Assembly: GCA_951406725.2 (NCBI GenBank)
Contig: OX597814.1
Span: 56,172,001-56,236,000 of the forward strand
Length of the DNA stretch: 64,000 bases
Direction of reading: 5' to 3'
Source of the DNA: Octopus vulgaris
Taxonomy: Eukaryota
Of the stretch, positions 13,804 to 25,260 are shown piece by piece; within the stretch, counting starts at the first letter, position 1, and each line of letters begins with the position of its first letter. The notes under the pieces are model-generated. The model ran no database searches. It saw only the letters and a list, made by a program, of their open reading frames with translations, and was not told the origin of the DNA. The translations under genes were made by a program, and so were the position numbers.

Positions 13804-15058
13804 TCTATAAAGCTGAAATGCAAAAAATTTGTTTGTCTCATTTTGGGATGGGAATGGTTTAAAGGGCGGTAGATGGGGTCGGATTGGTTCCAAAATTTAT
13901 AGGGACATGTAAAAGGAGGCGAGGAAGCGACTGGACTAGGTTAGAAACCCCTATCTCAAAAGCTGTGGTTACTAGGGCAACAAAACCCAGACTTTGACAA
14001 GTGTTTGTCATTTCTCTCTTTCGGATATCACCCTGTCTTCCTTGATCTCTCTCTTTCCTTCCTTCCCTCCAATTTCTCTCTATAACAACGTTTGACACCT
14101 TCCACTCTTATTCCCTCCCTGCCTTTGTCGTCTCTCTCTGTCACTCTTTCTCCCTCTACCTCTCTCACTGTACATCTGGCTGTATCTATAGAGAGAAAGT
14201 GTTGACAGCCACAAAAGTTTAAATATTCCTACCACAGGTCTTTTAGAACGGTGAATTATTATCGCCCACCACCACCACCACACAATCATAACAGATATTA
14301 TTAATCAGATATATTGTGTTAATTTATATATATGTGTGTGTATACAAATATATATAATGTGTATACATATATATATGTGTATATATATATATAAATATAA
14401 ATCATCAATATCTATAAAGCTGAAATGCGAATAAGTTGTTTGATTTCTTGGTTATTTGTCTCATTTTGGGATAGGAATGGTTTAAGGGGCGGTAGATGGG
14501 GTCGGATTGGCGCCAAAATTTACACTGGGGGTAAAATGGGGGGAGCAATGGTGTGAGGAGTCTTGCAAGTCACTTGGGGTTACCGTTTGGTTGCCATGGT
14601 GAGGAATATGGGAAAAATCGAGTTTTATGGGATGAACAGGTTGCACTATTTGAATAATGTTGGCTTTCCATGTTGCTGCAGGGGCTAGAGGCGGTTATCT
14701 TTAATTGTGGGTGTAAAAATTTGGGGGATTTGGAAAGGGGAGTAAAATTTTTCCACTTTTAAAAAGAGTACATTTTTGCCCTATTTTTAGATTTTGCATT
14801 ATTTGGTTGACATGGGTAAAAATAGCATTGTGTTAAAGGCTCAAATTTCACAAAATTTTAAGTAATTTTGAATTATTTTTGTGATTTTACGTGCATACGT
14901 AAGAGAAAGCGAGGGAGAGTCTGAGAGAAAGGAAGAGTAAGAGAGTGGGAAAGTGAGAGAGAAAGGAGAGAGATACAAAGAGGAAGAATGTGGCGATAAG
15001 AAACAGAAAGTAACAACCACACCCTCACCCACGCATAGAGCGGGTTACCTTAAGCTAG
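13804..15058 (+). mobile_element. Non-autonomous Helitron with a duplicated 5' segment
   Basis: Starts a|TCTATAAAGCTGAAATGC at both 13804 and 14411. GC-rich subterminal hairpin at 15027-15045, then CTAG|T at 15055-15059. Confidence 0.65.
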
Positions 15059-15084
15059 TATATATATATATATATATATATCAA

Positions 15085-15118
<34 letters not shown>

Positions 15119-15258
15119 CAATATATATTATATATAAAGATATATAATTATATACAAATATATATATATTATTATATTATATATATATATATATATATCA
15201 ATATATATATATATCAATATATATTATATATAAAGATATATAATTATATACAAATATA

Positions 15259-15290
<32 letters not shown>

Positions 15291-15344
15291 CAATATATAT
15301 TATATATAAAAATATATAATTATATACAAATATATATATATTAT

Positions 15345-15390
<46 letters not shown>

Positions 15391-15560
15391 ATATATATTA
15401 TATATAAAGATATATAATTATATACAAATATATAATATATATTATTATATTATATATAAAGATATATAATTATATACAAATATATAATATATATTATTAT
15501 ATTATATATATATATATAAATAAATATATAATATAATTATATATAAACATATATATACAT
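15059..15560. repeat. AT-rich minisatellite built on (TA)n
   Basis: Repeated unit tcaatatatattatatataaagatatataattatatacaaatatata with variable TA runs. Confidence 0.85.
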
Positions 15561-16699
15561 ACACACACATGCACACACACACACATATATATTTATTCAT
15601 AAATCATCATATGCACACTGAGAATCTTCTTTATGATTCATTATTACAAGGGACTCTGGGACACCCAATGTTTCAACTTGTGTCTTATGAGGCAAGGGCA
15701 CTACTGAGTTTGTGGTACTTCTTTATAACTTTAGAAGCAAATTGTTGGTGAACAGTGGAATCAAAATGATGACTTGTATATTTATTCTTAATACATTCTT
15801 GCATATATAGCAGCATCAGTCCCAAGCAATGATTAGGAATAAACAAACTTTAAGGTAGTTGAAATATGTTTGGGACATATTTTACATTCTACAGGTAAAT
15901 CAACTGCTGTTATCACAGAGGAAGTATTCTCTCTTATAGTAAAAGATGTGTGTGTGTGTGTGTTGTGTGTGTACATAAATGGAATTATGCAATATCTCTT
16001 GAAGCCTCTTGTATTTGTTTACAATATATATGTAAGTAGATGTTAATTTACAGTAACTTCTTACCTGTACGTGCTTTCTTACCTGTATGTGCCTTTCTTT
16101 TAGTAAATGGTTATGATGCAACTAAAATGTTCCTATTTCCCTAACGACTCAGAATAACATGACATAAGTAGAAAAATATCTTATTTTACATAATGTGTGA
16201 ACCACCTTCCAAAATATTTCAACCTTTAATTATTCAAATATGTATAAAAGAAGTGACAGCTTCCAACTGTGTGCATGCACACACAAGCACACCTGCGCAC
16301 GTATGCAGGTGTGCACACACAAGAAAGAGCAGTTCAGAATTTGTTGGAAGTTCTTTTTAAGCAGGCCATAATATGTAAAAGACACCACTTCTTTTAATGA
16401 AGATAACTTGTGGATATATAATTTCATAGAGAAGAATTTTGATTTTATGAATTAATGACTCTTAAATTGCATTTATATTATCAATGACCTTATTTGCATT
16501 GATTCCTTTCTCTGGTTGACTATTGAATATACCTGATATTTTAGCTTTGAATATTTCTTGCTACTTTTGTCTTTCAGAATTTCTTGGAAAATTTCATATT
16601 TGCCTCACATGTCAAGCTCACAATATTTCCTATCATTATCACAATCATTTTTACATAAATTTTTTTTTATAGTCATAGAAAATGTTCATCTTTTTTTGT

Positions 16700-17400
16700 C
16701 ATTTCACCTTTAAGGCCCATCACCCTGAGATCTAACATTACCACTTCTTTCCACATCCTCTGCATTACTCTCCACAACCAACATATAACACTTTCCATCC
16801 AGTATACATCTTTCATTCACATGACATCACATTGCCATTCACATGTTTTTCTTATGTATATTAGCTGATGACTTTTATTGTCCCATCACTCTCTTTGCTC
16901 ACTTGTGTTTAGCCTTTCATTGAAGTTAGCATCACACATCCAGAGCATTACTCTCATTATATTTCTTTCAAGTTTGTGCCGATTGTCTAGATTTAATTTA
17001 TGTCATACAAGCATGTAGCATCACTTTTCTCATAATTGCTTTATAGAAGCTGCCTTTTCGCAGATATAACATTGCTAACAGCTAATATTTAATTCAAAAA
17101 AGACTCACTTCTGTCCATATCTTCACTCTGTGACTTTGATTGAAATTTTTGCTCAAAACCATTTCTTTTCATGCCATTTATGTTAACAATGTCATCAGAA
17201 AATGAATAAAAATTATGCATTTCCTTTTCAGCTAACCTATAAATTTTTTGTATTTGTGTCAGAAATCAATATATTATTATCAAATCTAGTAAACGACTTC
17301 CTTGCTCAAATGTTTTTATCATTTTCTGTCCACTAGTATTTTTTTCCCCTTCTAGACATATTTCCATGTTAGATTGGAATATCTTAAACATGGTGCTTTC
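16700..17400 (-). pseudogene. Old, heavily decayed RTE-like LINE remnant
   Basis: Minus-strand traces resembling RTE C-terminal motifs (tggaaagaagtggta = WKEVV; ctctggatgtgtgatg = LWMCD); frames are broken. Confidence 0.4.
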
Positions 17401-17415
17401 TTTCTCAATCTCCAT

Positions 17416-17419
<4 letters not shown>

Positions 17420-17487
<68 letters not shown>

Positions 17488-17500
17488 GTGTATATATATG

Positions 17501-17531
<31 letters not shown>

Positions 17532-17564
17532 GTATATATATGTATATATATGTGTATATATATG

Positions 17565-17595
<31 letters not shown>

Positions 17596-17640
17596 GTATA
17601 TATATGTGTATATATATGTATATATATGTGTATATATATG

Positions 17641-17700
<60 letters not shown>

Positions 17701-17748
17701 GTATATATATATATGTATATATATATATGTATATATATATATGTATAT
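17420..17748. repeat. (TA)nTG interrupted microsatellite array
   Basis: Seen directly; abuts the 3' break of the LINE ORF2. Confidence 0.95.
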
Positions 17749-20421
17749 CACTGCATATCTCTCTCGTCTTCGTTCCAAGGAGTACAAATTGAGTTCCCTA
17801 AGCCTCTCCCAATAGTTCTTTTCTTTCATGGTGGAAATCCTCTTGGTGAAATGTCTTTGGATTGTCTCAAGCTCTGTGGTTAGTTTGACACTATGCGGTG
17901 ACCACAGTTGGGAGCAGTAGTCCAGGCGGCTTAGGACAAATGTCCTCCATAGTGTCAACATGGTCTCGCAGTCTCTTGTCCGGAATGTCCTCAGGATCCA
18001 GCCAGTGAGTCGTCTGCACATTGTCGCCACCTTCGCGATGTGTGAAGAAAAAGATGCATCGTCACTCATGTCTATCCCCAGGTCCCGTATTGATTTCGAT
18101 ACTGGGATTTCTATCCCTCCTGGACCAGTATAGTTGTGTTGTAATGTATATGTGTTTACAGCTTGATATTGTAAGGCTTGAAATTTACCAGCATTAAATT
18201 GCATGTTGTTGTCTTCAGCCCATTTGTATATGGCATCCAGATCTTGTTGTAAAAGGTCAGCATCAGCTGGGTTTTTGATTGCCTGTGCTACCTTTGTGTC
18301 ATCAGCATAGCTAGTGAGGGATGTTGTTTGTGCTACCAAGGGCATGTCAGAGAGCGCCACCAAAAACAGCAAGGGTCCCAAGACTGTGCCCTGTGGCACC
18401 CCGCTTGCTATTGGTGTCTTTCCCGAGAGGGCTCCATTGGCTGCAACCATCTGGCTTCTGTCCTTCAGGAAGTCATGTATCCACTCACCTACTTTTCCTG
18501 TTATGCCGAGTCTGAGTAATTTGTGACATATCACTCCGTGGTCGACTTTGTAAAAGGCCTTCGCAAAGTCGAGATATACCACATCCACCTGTGAGCGATC
18601 CAGTAGTTGTTTCAGTACCCAGTCGTAGTGTTGTAACAGCTGCGTAAGGCAGCTTCTTCCTGGGCGAAAGCCATGCTGTGTGTCAGTGAGACGGTTAGTT
18701 TCTTCGAGGAACGTGATCAGTTTTTTTCTGATGATTCGTTCCATGACCTTACTTATGTGTGACGTCAGGGAGACTGGCCTGTAGTTTTTGGCCTCTGCTC
18801 TACTCCCTCCTTTGTGGATAGGGCATATGGTGCCTTCTTTTAGCGCCCTGGGCAGTTTACCGTTAGCCAAGGAACCACTGAAGAGCTTCTTCAGTGGTCC
18901 CGCTAGGGCATGCCTGCATGTTTTTAGGAGGACTGCTGGGAATCCATCTGGTCCAGCAGCTGAGTTTATTCTCATTTCTTCTATGGCAGATATTACATCC
19001 CTCTCTGTTATGTCTATGTGGTCGATGGTTGTTGTTTGGTTTTGGAGTGTTGTGGCATCAAAGAAAACTTCTGGGTTTGTGATTTGCATGTGCCCCAGAG
19101 GGGATGTGAACACACTTTTATACTGTTCCTTTAGTATTTCACTTATCCCTTGGGGGTCCTCAGTTAGAGAGCCCTTTTTATCAAAGAGTGGGCCAATCTT
19201 GCAGTGTACCGAGGTGGTTTCTTTCGCAAATTTAAAGAAGGCTTTAGGGTTTGTTTTAATATTCTCTATGGCCCTGGCTTCTCTCTCTGTCCTCTCCTTC
19301 TCATAGGAAAGTTTGAGTGCAGTTTCCGTTTCAAAAAGTTTCAGGTGGAGTCCCTCATTGTTTCTCTGCCGTGCATTCAGTTGCTTCGAGAGCTTAGCTC
19401 TTCGCCTCATAAGTATTTTCCTGTCTCTGGGAATAACGTTCCTATGCCCGCTGGCTTTTTTCTCCGGGACAAACTTATGGCATATGTTCTGTATTGTTGT
19501 CATGAAATGTTGGAAATGTGTGTTGGTGTCTTGTGTGGTGATGAAGTCACTCCAGTCATGTTTTCGGATCTCTTCGTTGATCTTCTTCCAGTTTGCCTTA
19601 TGGAAGTTTAGACTGGATAGGCCTGTGGTATTTTCTAATGGCTGCGTCTCAACTAACTCTCTCATACCATATATCATTACCTCTACTAAGTTGTGATCTG
19701 AGAGAATTGTTGGTGTTACCATTATGTTGTGGATGAGCATCGGGTTGCTTGTGAAACAGAGGTCCAAGACATTCTCACCTCTTGTTGGCCAAAGCACTGC
19801 TTGCTCCATGAAAAACTTGCGTGTGAGAGCCAACAAGGACTCTGTCTGTCTCTGTTCAAGTGATGTCATTCCAGGGAGGAGATGGCCATCTGGCCATTTG
19901 ACTTTCGGAAGGTTAAAATCTCCCAGCAGTAGAATGGTGTTACCCTGATCCAGTTTGTCCAGGACTTCTTCTATTCTTCTGAGGCTATCTTCAAACACTC
20001 CTTCATGACTAGGGGTGTCTGGTGGCCGATATGTGACACATATTACTATTTTCGGTTGTTTCATGTGTACTATCAGTGTGTCACAGACTGAGTTTGAGTG
20101 TGTCAATAGTACTATGGGTGTGACATCTTCACGGACGTACAGGGCAACCCCACCATGAGTTCTTTCCTTCCTGTCCGACCGAAAAACAGTATACTTCGGT
20201 ATGTGTATTTCTGCATCTGCTATACTGCTTGACAGGTGCGTTTCAGTCAGCGCTATGCATATTGCATGGTTGCTTGTGCTCAAGTCCCGAAGGTAAGGAA
20301 TTTTACCCATATTAGTGGGTTTCACCAGACCTCTGACATTCAGCAGAAGCACTGGTGAGACACCCGGGGTGTCAATAAAGGCTGACGGTGTGGCACCTGG
20401 GCCGGCGTCAGCGGTGGCCAC
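17741..20421 (-). CDS. LINE ORF2 (APE endonuclease + reverse transcriptase), CR1 group, C-terminally truncated
   Basis: About 890 stop-free codons. APE motifs [42 protein letters not shown] motifs [61 protein letters not shown]. The conserved AFD reads AFY in this copy. Confidence 0.95.
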
Positions 20422-20897
20422 CCTGGGTCCCTTGATTGTGGTGGTCTTGAGTGCTGTTGTGAGTGCCCCTGGCTCTGAAGACGATGTATCCAGGCCAGTT
20501 GTCCCACAATTTTCTCTGCCATTTCCACAAAATTTCTTTGTTCTGCTGCCGCCGTCTGCATTTCCTCTGCAAATGTGCGCCTTCTCCTTGTTGGGGCATT
20601 ACGCACTATGTCTGCATATTTCTGGGGCAGCTTGTATTTGTTCTGGTTTTGGTTAAGGCATTTTGGTCGAGTGGGTTTGATGCAATTTCCATAGGGCCTG
20701 GGATGAGCGAACCTGCATCCTTCCCCTGTTTCTCCATGCCAGCAGGTTCCATTCCGGAAGAATTTGCATGTTATCTGGGTTTTCTTGTCCCCAGTTCCTC
20801 TCTGTTTTTTCTTCCTCCGTTGGACGGTTGTCCACTGGTTCCTTTCTGCATAGGTCTTTTCATCCGGGTGGTTATTTTCTGTTTCCCCATCGCCCCA
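20340..20897 (-). CDS. LINE ORF1 C-terminal part with CCCH zinc finger, 5'-truncated
   Basis: Frame is open from the microsatellite junction to the TGA at 20340. It contains [22 protein letters not shown] (C-x7-C-x8-C-x3-H, 20703-20768) and overlaps the start of ORF2. Confidence 0.75.
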   Translation of the reverse strand, partial: WGDGETENNHPDEKTYAERNQWTTVQRRKKKQRGTGDKKTQITCKFFRNGTCWHGETGEGCRFAHPRPYGNCIKPTRPKCLNQNQNKYKLPQKYADIVRNAPTRRRRTFAEEMQTAAAEQRNFVEMAEKIVGQLAWIHRLQSQGHSQQHSRPPQSRDPGWPPLTPAQVPHRQPLLTPRVSHQCFC

Positions 20898-20933
20898 TGT
20901 ATATATATATATGTGTATATATATATATATATA

Positions 20934-20980
<47 letters not shown>

Positions 20981-20995
20981 GTATATATATATATG

Positions 20996-21042
<47 letters not shown>

Positions 21043-21055
21043 GTATATATATATG

Positions 21056-21102
<47 letters not shown>

Positions 21103-21203
21103 GTATATATATATGTATATATATATGTATATATATATGTATATATATATATGTATATATATATATGTATATATATATATGTATGTATATATATATATAT
21201 ATT
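20898..21203. repeat. (TA)nTG interrupted microsatellite array
   Basis: Seen directly; separates the LINE from the Penelope-like element. Confidence 0.95.
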
Positions 21204-21412
21204 ATGTGAAATAGAAAGATGAATAATCTTGTAGTAGATTAATCAAAAGTTTAACCGATACCTTAGTAGCAAAAATCACAGCAGTAAACAGCACGGTTGG
21301 AGGTACAACCATATGGTGTTGCAACCGTTCGTTGGTGCGGATAATTGAAATTAAAATATTATTGGTGAATTGAAGAAATGGAGCTGAACGCAGATTGAAC
21401 AGAAATCGTTTT

Positions 21413-21504
21413 ATTTCATTCTACACGTGTTTCGAAAGGCACAATTTACCAAAATCCGATTGAATAATGGGACCATATTGTGTCTTTCTCTTCAGGAAGA
21501 AAAT
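21413..21504 (-). ncRNA. Type I hammerhead ribozyme, intact core
   Basis: Minus strand reads attttcttc CTGAAGA gaaagacacaat-(loop)-attgtgcctttc GAAA c-acgt-g TA gaatgaaat. Stem I pairs 8/9, stem II 11/12, stem III is the palindrome CACGTG. Predicted cleavage after GUA, between 21422 and 21421. Confidence 0.85.
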
Positions 21505-22093
21505 AGGAAATCCGTTGGAAAAAACAAAAACAGAACAGAGGCGGAGCAAAAACAAATCGAACTAGGCTCCTAAGAGCCCATGGCGAAACTGTTTATCAGT
21601 GTATGTTGAGAACCGGTGGCTGAAGAATTTAACGGGTCAGGCATCGGTCAATCATGTGGGTGAGGGTGTATAGATGTTCTTTGTGACCGAGAATAAAGTT
21701 GTGACTATTTAAGGAATATTGGATGTTTTATAAGGGGCGAGAAAAAATCTACTTAGAGACGTGTGTGTGTGTATACTGTTCTATATATGTGTGTGTTGGC
21801 GTAGGGGTAGAAAACATTTTTTGTGTACGTGTGTGCGTTTGAACGTTCGGCTGTCAGTGGCTACTGCAGTGAGAACCGTTGGGTGGCAGAAAAAAAAAAT
21901 ATATATATTATGTTTTATGTGTGTGTGTGTTCATCTAAGCCTGCCTTGTCAAGGAAACACCCCGTTGTGAAAAAACCAAGCCCCGTTCATCTTACAGGAG
22001 TAATTCCCCTTGCAGTGGTTAATCGTAGATATCTTAAAGGCTATTTCAGAATTTGTTACCAAGGGCTATGGGTGCCGGTATTATTTATAAACG

Positions 22094-22738
22094 CTATTTA
22101 AAAGCCAGATAAGTGTAACGCCGCCAATGGGGGCATCGAAAAGCCGACTGTAAAAGCCCGTTTACCATCCGGCCTCTGGCAAACAAAATATGGAAGAGTT
22201 CGGAGACACAAAGGTTGCACTGCCTTCTGCCTCTATCAAATGGGAGGGCCACCGACAAAATTGACCATTCCAGCCTGTAGCTTAAGTTCGTATCCTTCAG
22301 TCGCCATATTAGCTTACCGAGTCCCGTGGTCTGGCGCTTGTTCATGTCCCGAAAAGTTGCGTAATGATTGGAGACCCGCAAAGACAATCTTGAGGATGAG
22401 GCCCCTACATAAGTGAAGACATCTGAGTCTGTGTAAACCTTGCATTGGTAGACGGCGTTTTTGATCTTGGAGTTCGCCGACGTGAATCTTATTCTGCTAG
22501 GATTAGTTTCTGAAATTAGAACTGCATTCCTGTCACTATATTCGTTCCGAGACCTGCAGCCGCTTACTACTCTATTTTCCACTACGTCACTATTAACTAT
22601 AGGAATAACCCCTGATTCTCCACTATCTATCAGAGTGCTGTCATTGCTAGTGCCCGTGGTGCTGCTATTGCGGGAAATGATGCTGGGGATGCTATTGGGG
22701 CTCACTACCCTACTCCCATTGTTACAATATGGTCCCAT
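22094..22738 (-). CDS. Penelope-type GIY-YIG endonuclease domain (RT absent)
   Basis: AVYQCKV...TYVGAS...RVSNH...LGKLIWRLKD...LEWSIL...CNLCVSELFHIL fits the PLE GIY-YIG pattern. The ATG is supplied by the inverted repeat, so it is probably not the native start. Confidence 0.8.
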   Translation of the reverse strand: MGPYCNNGSRVVSPNSIPSIISRNSSTTGTSNDSTLIDSGESGVIPIVNSDVVENRVVSGCRSRNEYSDRNAVLISETNPSRIRFTSANSKIKNAVYQCKVYTDSDVFTYVGASSSRLSLRVSNHYATFRDMNKRQTTGLGKLIWRLKDTNLSYRLEWSILSVALPFDRGRRQCNLCVSELFHILFARGRMVNGLLQSAFRCPHWRRYTYLAFK

Positions 22739-22842
22739 TATTCAATCGGATTTTGGTAAATTGTGCCTTTCGAAACACGTGTAGAATGAAATAAAACGAT
22801 TTCTGTTCAATCTGCGTTCAGCTCCATTTCTTCAATTCACCA

Positions 22843-22845
<3 letters not shown>

Positions 22846-22874
<29 letters not shown>

Positions 22875-22878
22875 GTAT

Positions 22879-22959
<81 letters not shown>

Positions 22960-23062
22960 TATATATATATATATGTATATGTATATATATATATGTATAT
23001 ATATATATATGTACATATATATATATATATGTATATGTATATATATATATATGTATATATAT
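22846..23062. repeat. (TA)nTG microsatellite array
   Basis: Seen directly. Confidence 0.95.
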
Positions 23063-23433
23063 AAAAGGTCACATGTCAAAAACGATATATTAGAATTCGA
23101 AGTATATTACATCAATATTTATTCAGTAAGTGAAGAAACTAAGCAAGATCTGTACATAATTTCATAGACATTCTCAGTGATGACAAATGCTTTCTATTAT
23201 CCCCAATGTAACAGAGTAAGGATGATTTGTTGCTAGAATAAATCCTATATCTAGGCTGAGGAAATAGAATGAATTCAATGTACAAGAGGAATAGACTATG
23301 CTTATTGTAGTGGTCACAATTAATTTCACATAATTTATATATTCAATATATATCATTTTTAAAATATGTATGAATATATTTTAAAATATGCTTAAAATAA
23401 TATATGTATAAAATGAATTTGACTACACTTTAA

Positions 23434-23653
23434 CTCTTTAGCATTTAAACAGGCCATATCAAGCCAAAATATTCTACTTGTTTTATGTTCAAACCAACCA
23501 GATCTGATCTCATACACCTACCCTACAATGTCATTCTAAAAATAAACAGTCATGTCATTGGAGTCTTGAATCTGCAAGATAATGCATAATTAGTTCAAAA
23601 CCTTGTGAATAAATAAGCATTGCATTTGATAATGTAATCTGAATGTTAAAAGG
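23434..23653. mobile_element. piggyBac-like MITE, copy 2
   Basis: TTAA|ctctttagcattt...gaatgttaaaagg|TTAA. Confidence 0.75.
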
Positions 23654-25056
23654 TTAAAGGTAGTTAATATAGTGATTGAGGTGGGAGAAGTTAAAGTTAC
23701 TTTTGTTTTATGTTTTCATTTTGTTTTCTTTACTGTCTACTTACATTAAAAAAATTATTGATGACCCATTAACTTTTATATGTGAGGTGTATACAGTATG
23801 GTATATAAGGTTAGATCTGTCTGTGTGGGTCAAAATATGAGAAGAAAATCTGAATTTTGAAAGCTTTGATCTTAACTGTTATACATTATATGTTGTTCTT
23901 ACTGCTGCATAGCTAATAAGTACTAGATTTTCTATTTAGTATCTGAATGAGAAGAACATATTCATAATTCATATGTATCCTATGCTTTGAGAGTTAAAGA
24001 GATTAACTAAAAATAATCTGAAAATTTTAAAGTTTGTGTACTACAGAGATACACAGGACTTTCAAAGTTCTTTCAGTGCGTATGGAATGAAGAATGGCTT
24101 ATAAATTTACTGTGGGTTTTGGAGAATAAAGTAGAATGTGAGTGTTAAAAGACAGAATGATAGTTATAATGTGTTAATTTAAAGAGAAGTCAAATGTAAA
24201 CTGAAAAATCTGAAAATCAACATCTGTTTTAGAAAACCAGCATCTGTTATAAGTGACAAAGGAAGAAGGGACACAATGTTAGTAAGCTAGGAATTGAGGT
24301 CTTTTATTGAACAAGAGTTTATTGATTATGTCAGAGACTATCTTTTCATCACAGGATTCCATTCAGCAAATATGGCATGAGTAAGGGAGAGGGTGAGGCT
24401 ATATAAACATGTCATTAATTAAAATGAGTACAACTATGGCTGTGTCATAAAGAAAGTTACTCTGCAATCATGTACTTCTAGATTCTATCCAACTACATGG
24501 CACCTGGGGTTGATGTCTACTATAGTTTGGGTTGACGAATACCGTGGAGGTGGAATGTAGTGCATGGAAACTGTGCCGAAGCCTATTTTATGTTCATCTT
24601 GTGCTCATCAAATAAGTAACTTCATCACTCCATAAGATATTGATGTACAAAATAAATACCAGACTAAAATGAGTAATGATTGAATAAAACCTTTGGATAA
24701 CACGTCCCAGCATAGATACAATCCAATAGTTGAAACTATAACAGCATGAAAGAGAAAAAGAATGCTATAGCTAGATTCCAGTTATTGAATAAGGTATGCT
24801 AAACCAGAATTTCAGTAATTAAATAAGGTCTCCTGCACCTACACCTGAATAAATTGTTTTATGCTAGGATTTTAGTAATTATGCCAGGTACAAGATGTTT
24901 CTCTGTATTTGGATGTACATTGACTTTGTAAAGTTGTTCTTCATTGACATATATATTTCTTGTCTCTAAAGAGAGGAGCTAAGTTGTTTTGCGTTAGGTG
25001 TTCTTTAAAGTTAGGATGAAAGGTAAAGTAGCAGTGAAGTAGCAGAGTTAGTTTAA

Positions 25057-25260
25057 CCCTTTAGCCTCTAAACCAGCCATATCCAGTCCAAATATTCTAC
25101 CTATTTAAATGTTTGAACCAGCCAGATCTAACTTTCACACCTACTGTACAAAATAATCACATCATCAAAGGTTCAAAGCTACAAGACAATGCATGATTAA
25201 TTTAAAACAATATGAATAAATAACCATTACATCAGACAGAGTAATCTAAATGCTAAAAGG
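25057..25260. mobile_element. piggyBac-like MITE, copy 3
   Basis: TTAA|ccctttagcc...aatgctaaaagg|TTAA. Confidence 0.75.

Larger units (their letters stand above)
21204..22845 (-). mobile_element. 5'-truncated Penelope-like element with inverted pseudo-LTR
   Basis: GIY-YIG ORF, hammerhead in the 3' region, apparently identical 122-bp inverted repeat (21360-21481 and 22724-22845), flanked by TA arrays on both sides. Confidence 0.85.

Noticed and set aside
18314-19948. Plus-strand ORFs overlapping the LINE
   Set aside because: Antisense shadows of ORF2 with no independent motifs.
17366-23167. Long YIYI/ICIY-rich ORFs
   Set aside because: Translations of (TA)n microsatellites. The last ~33 residues of the 926-aa ORF are also microsatellite-derived.
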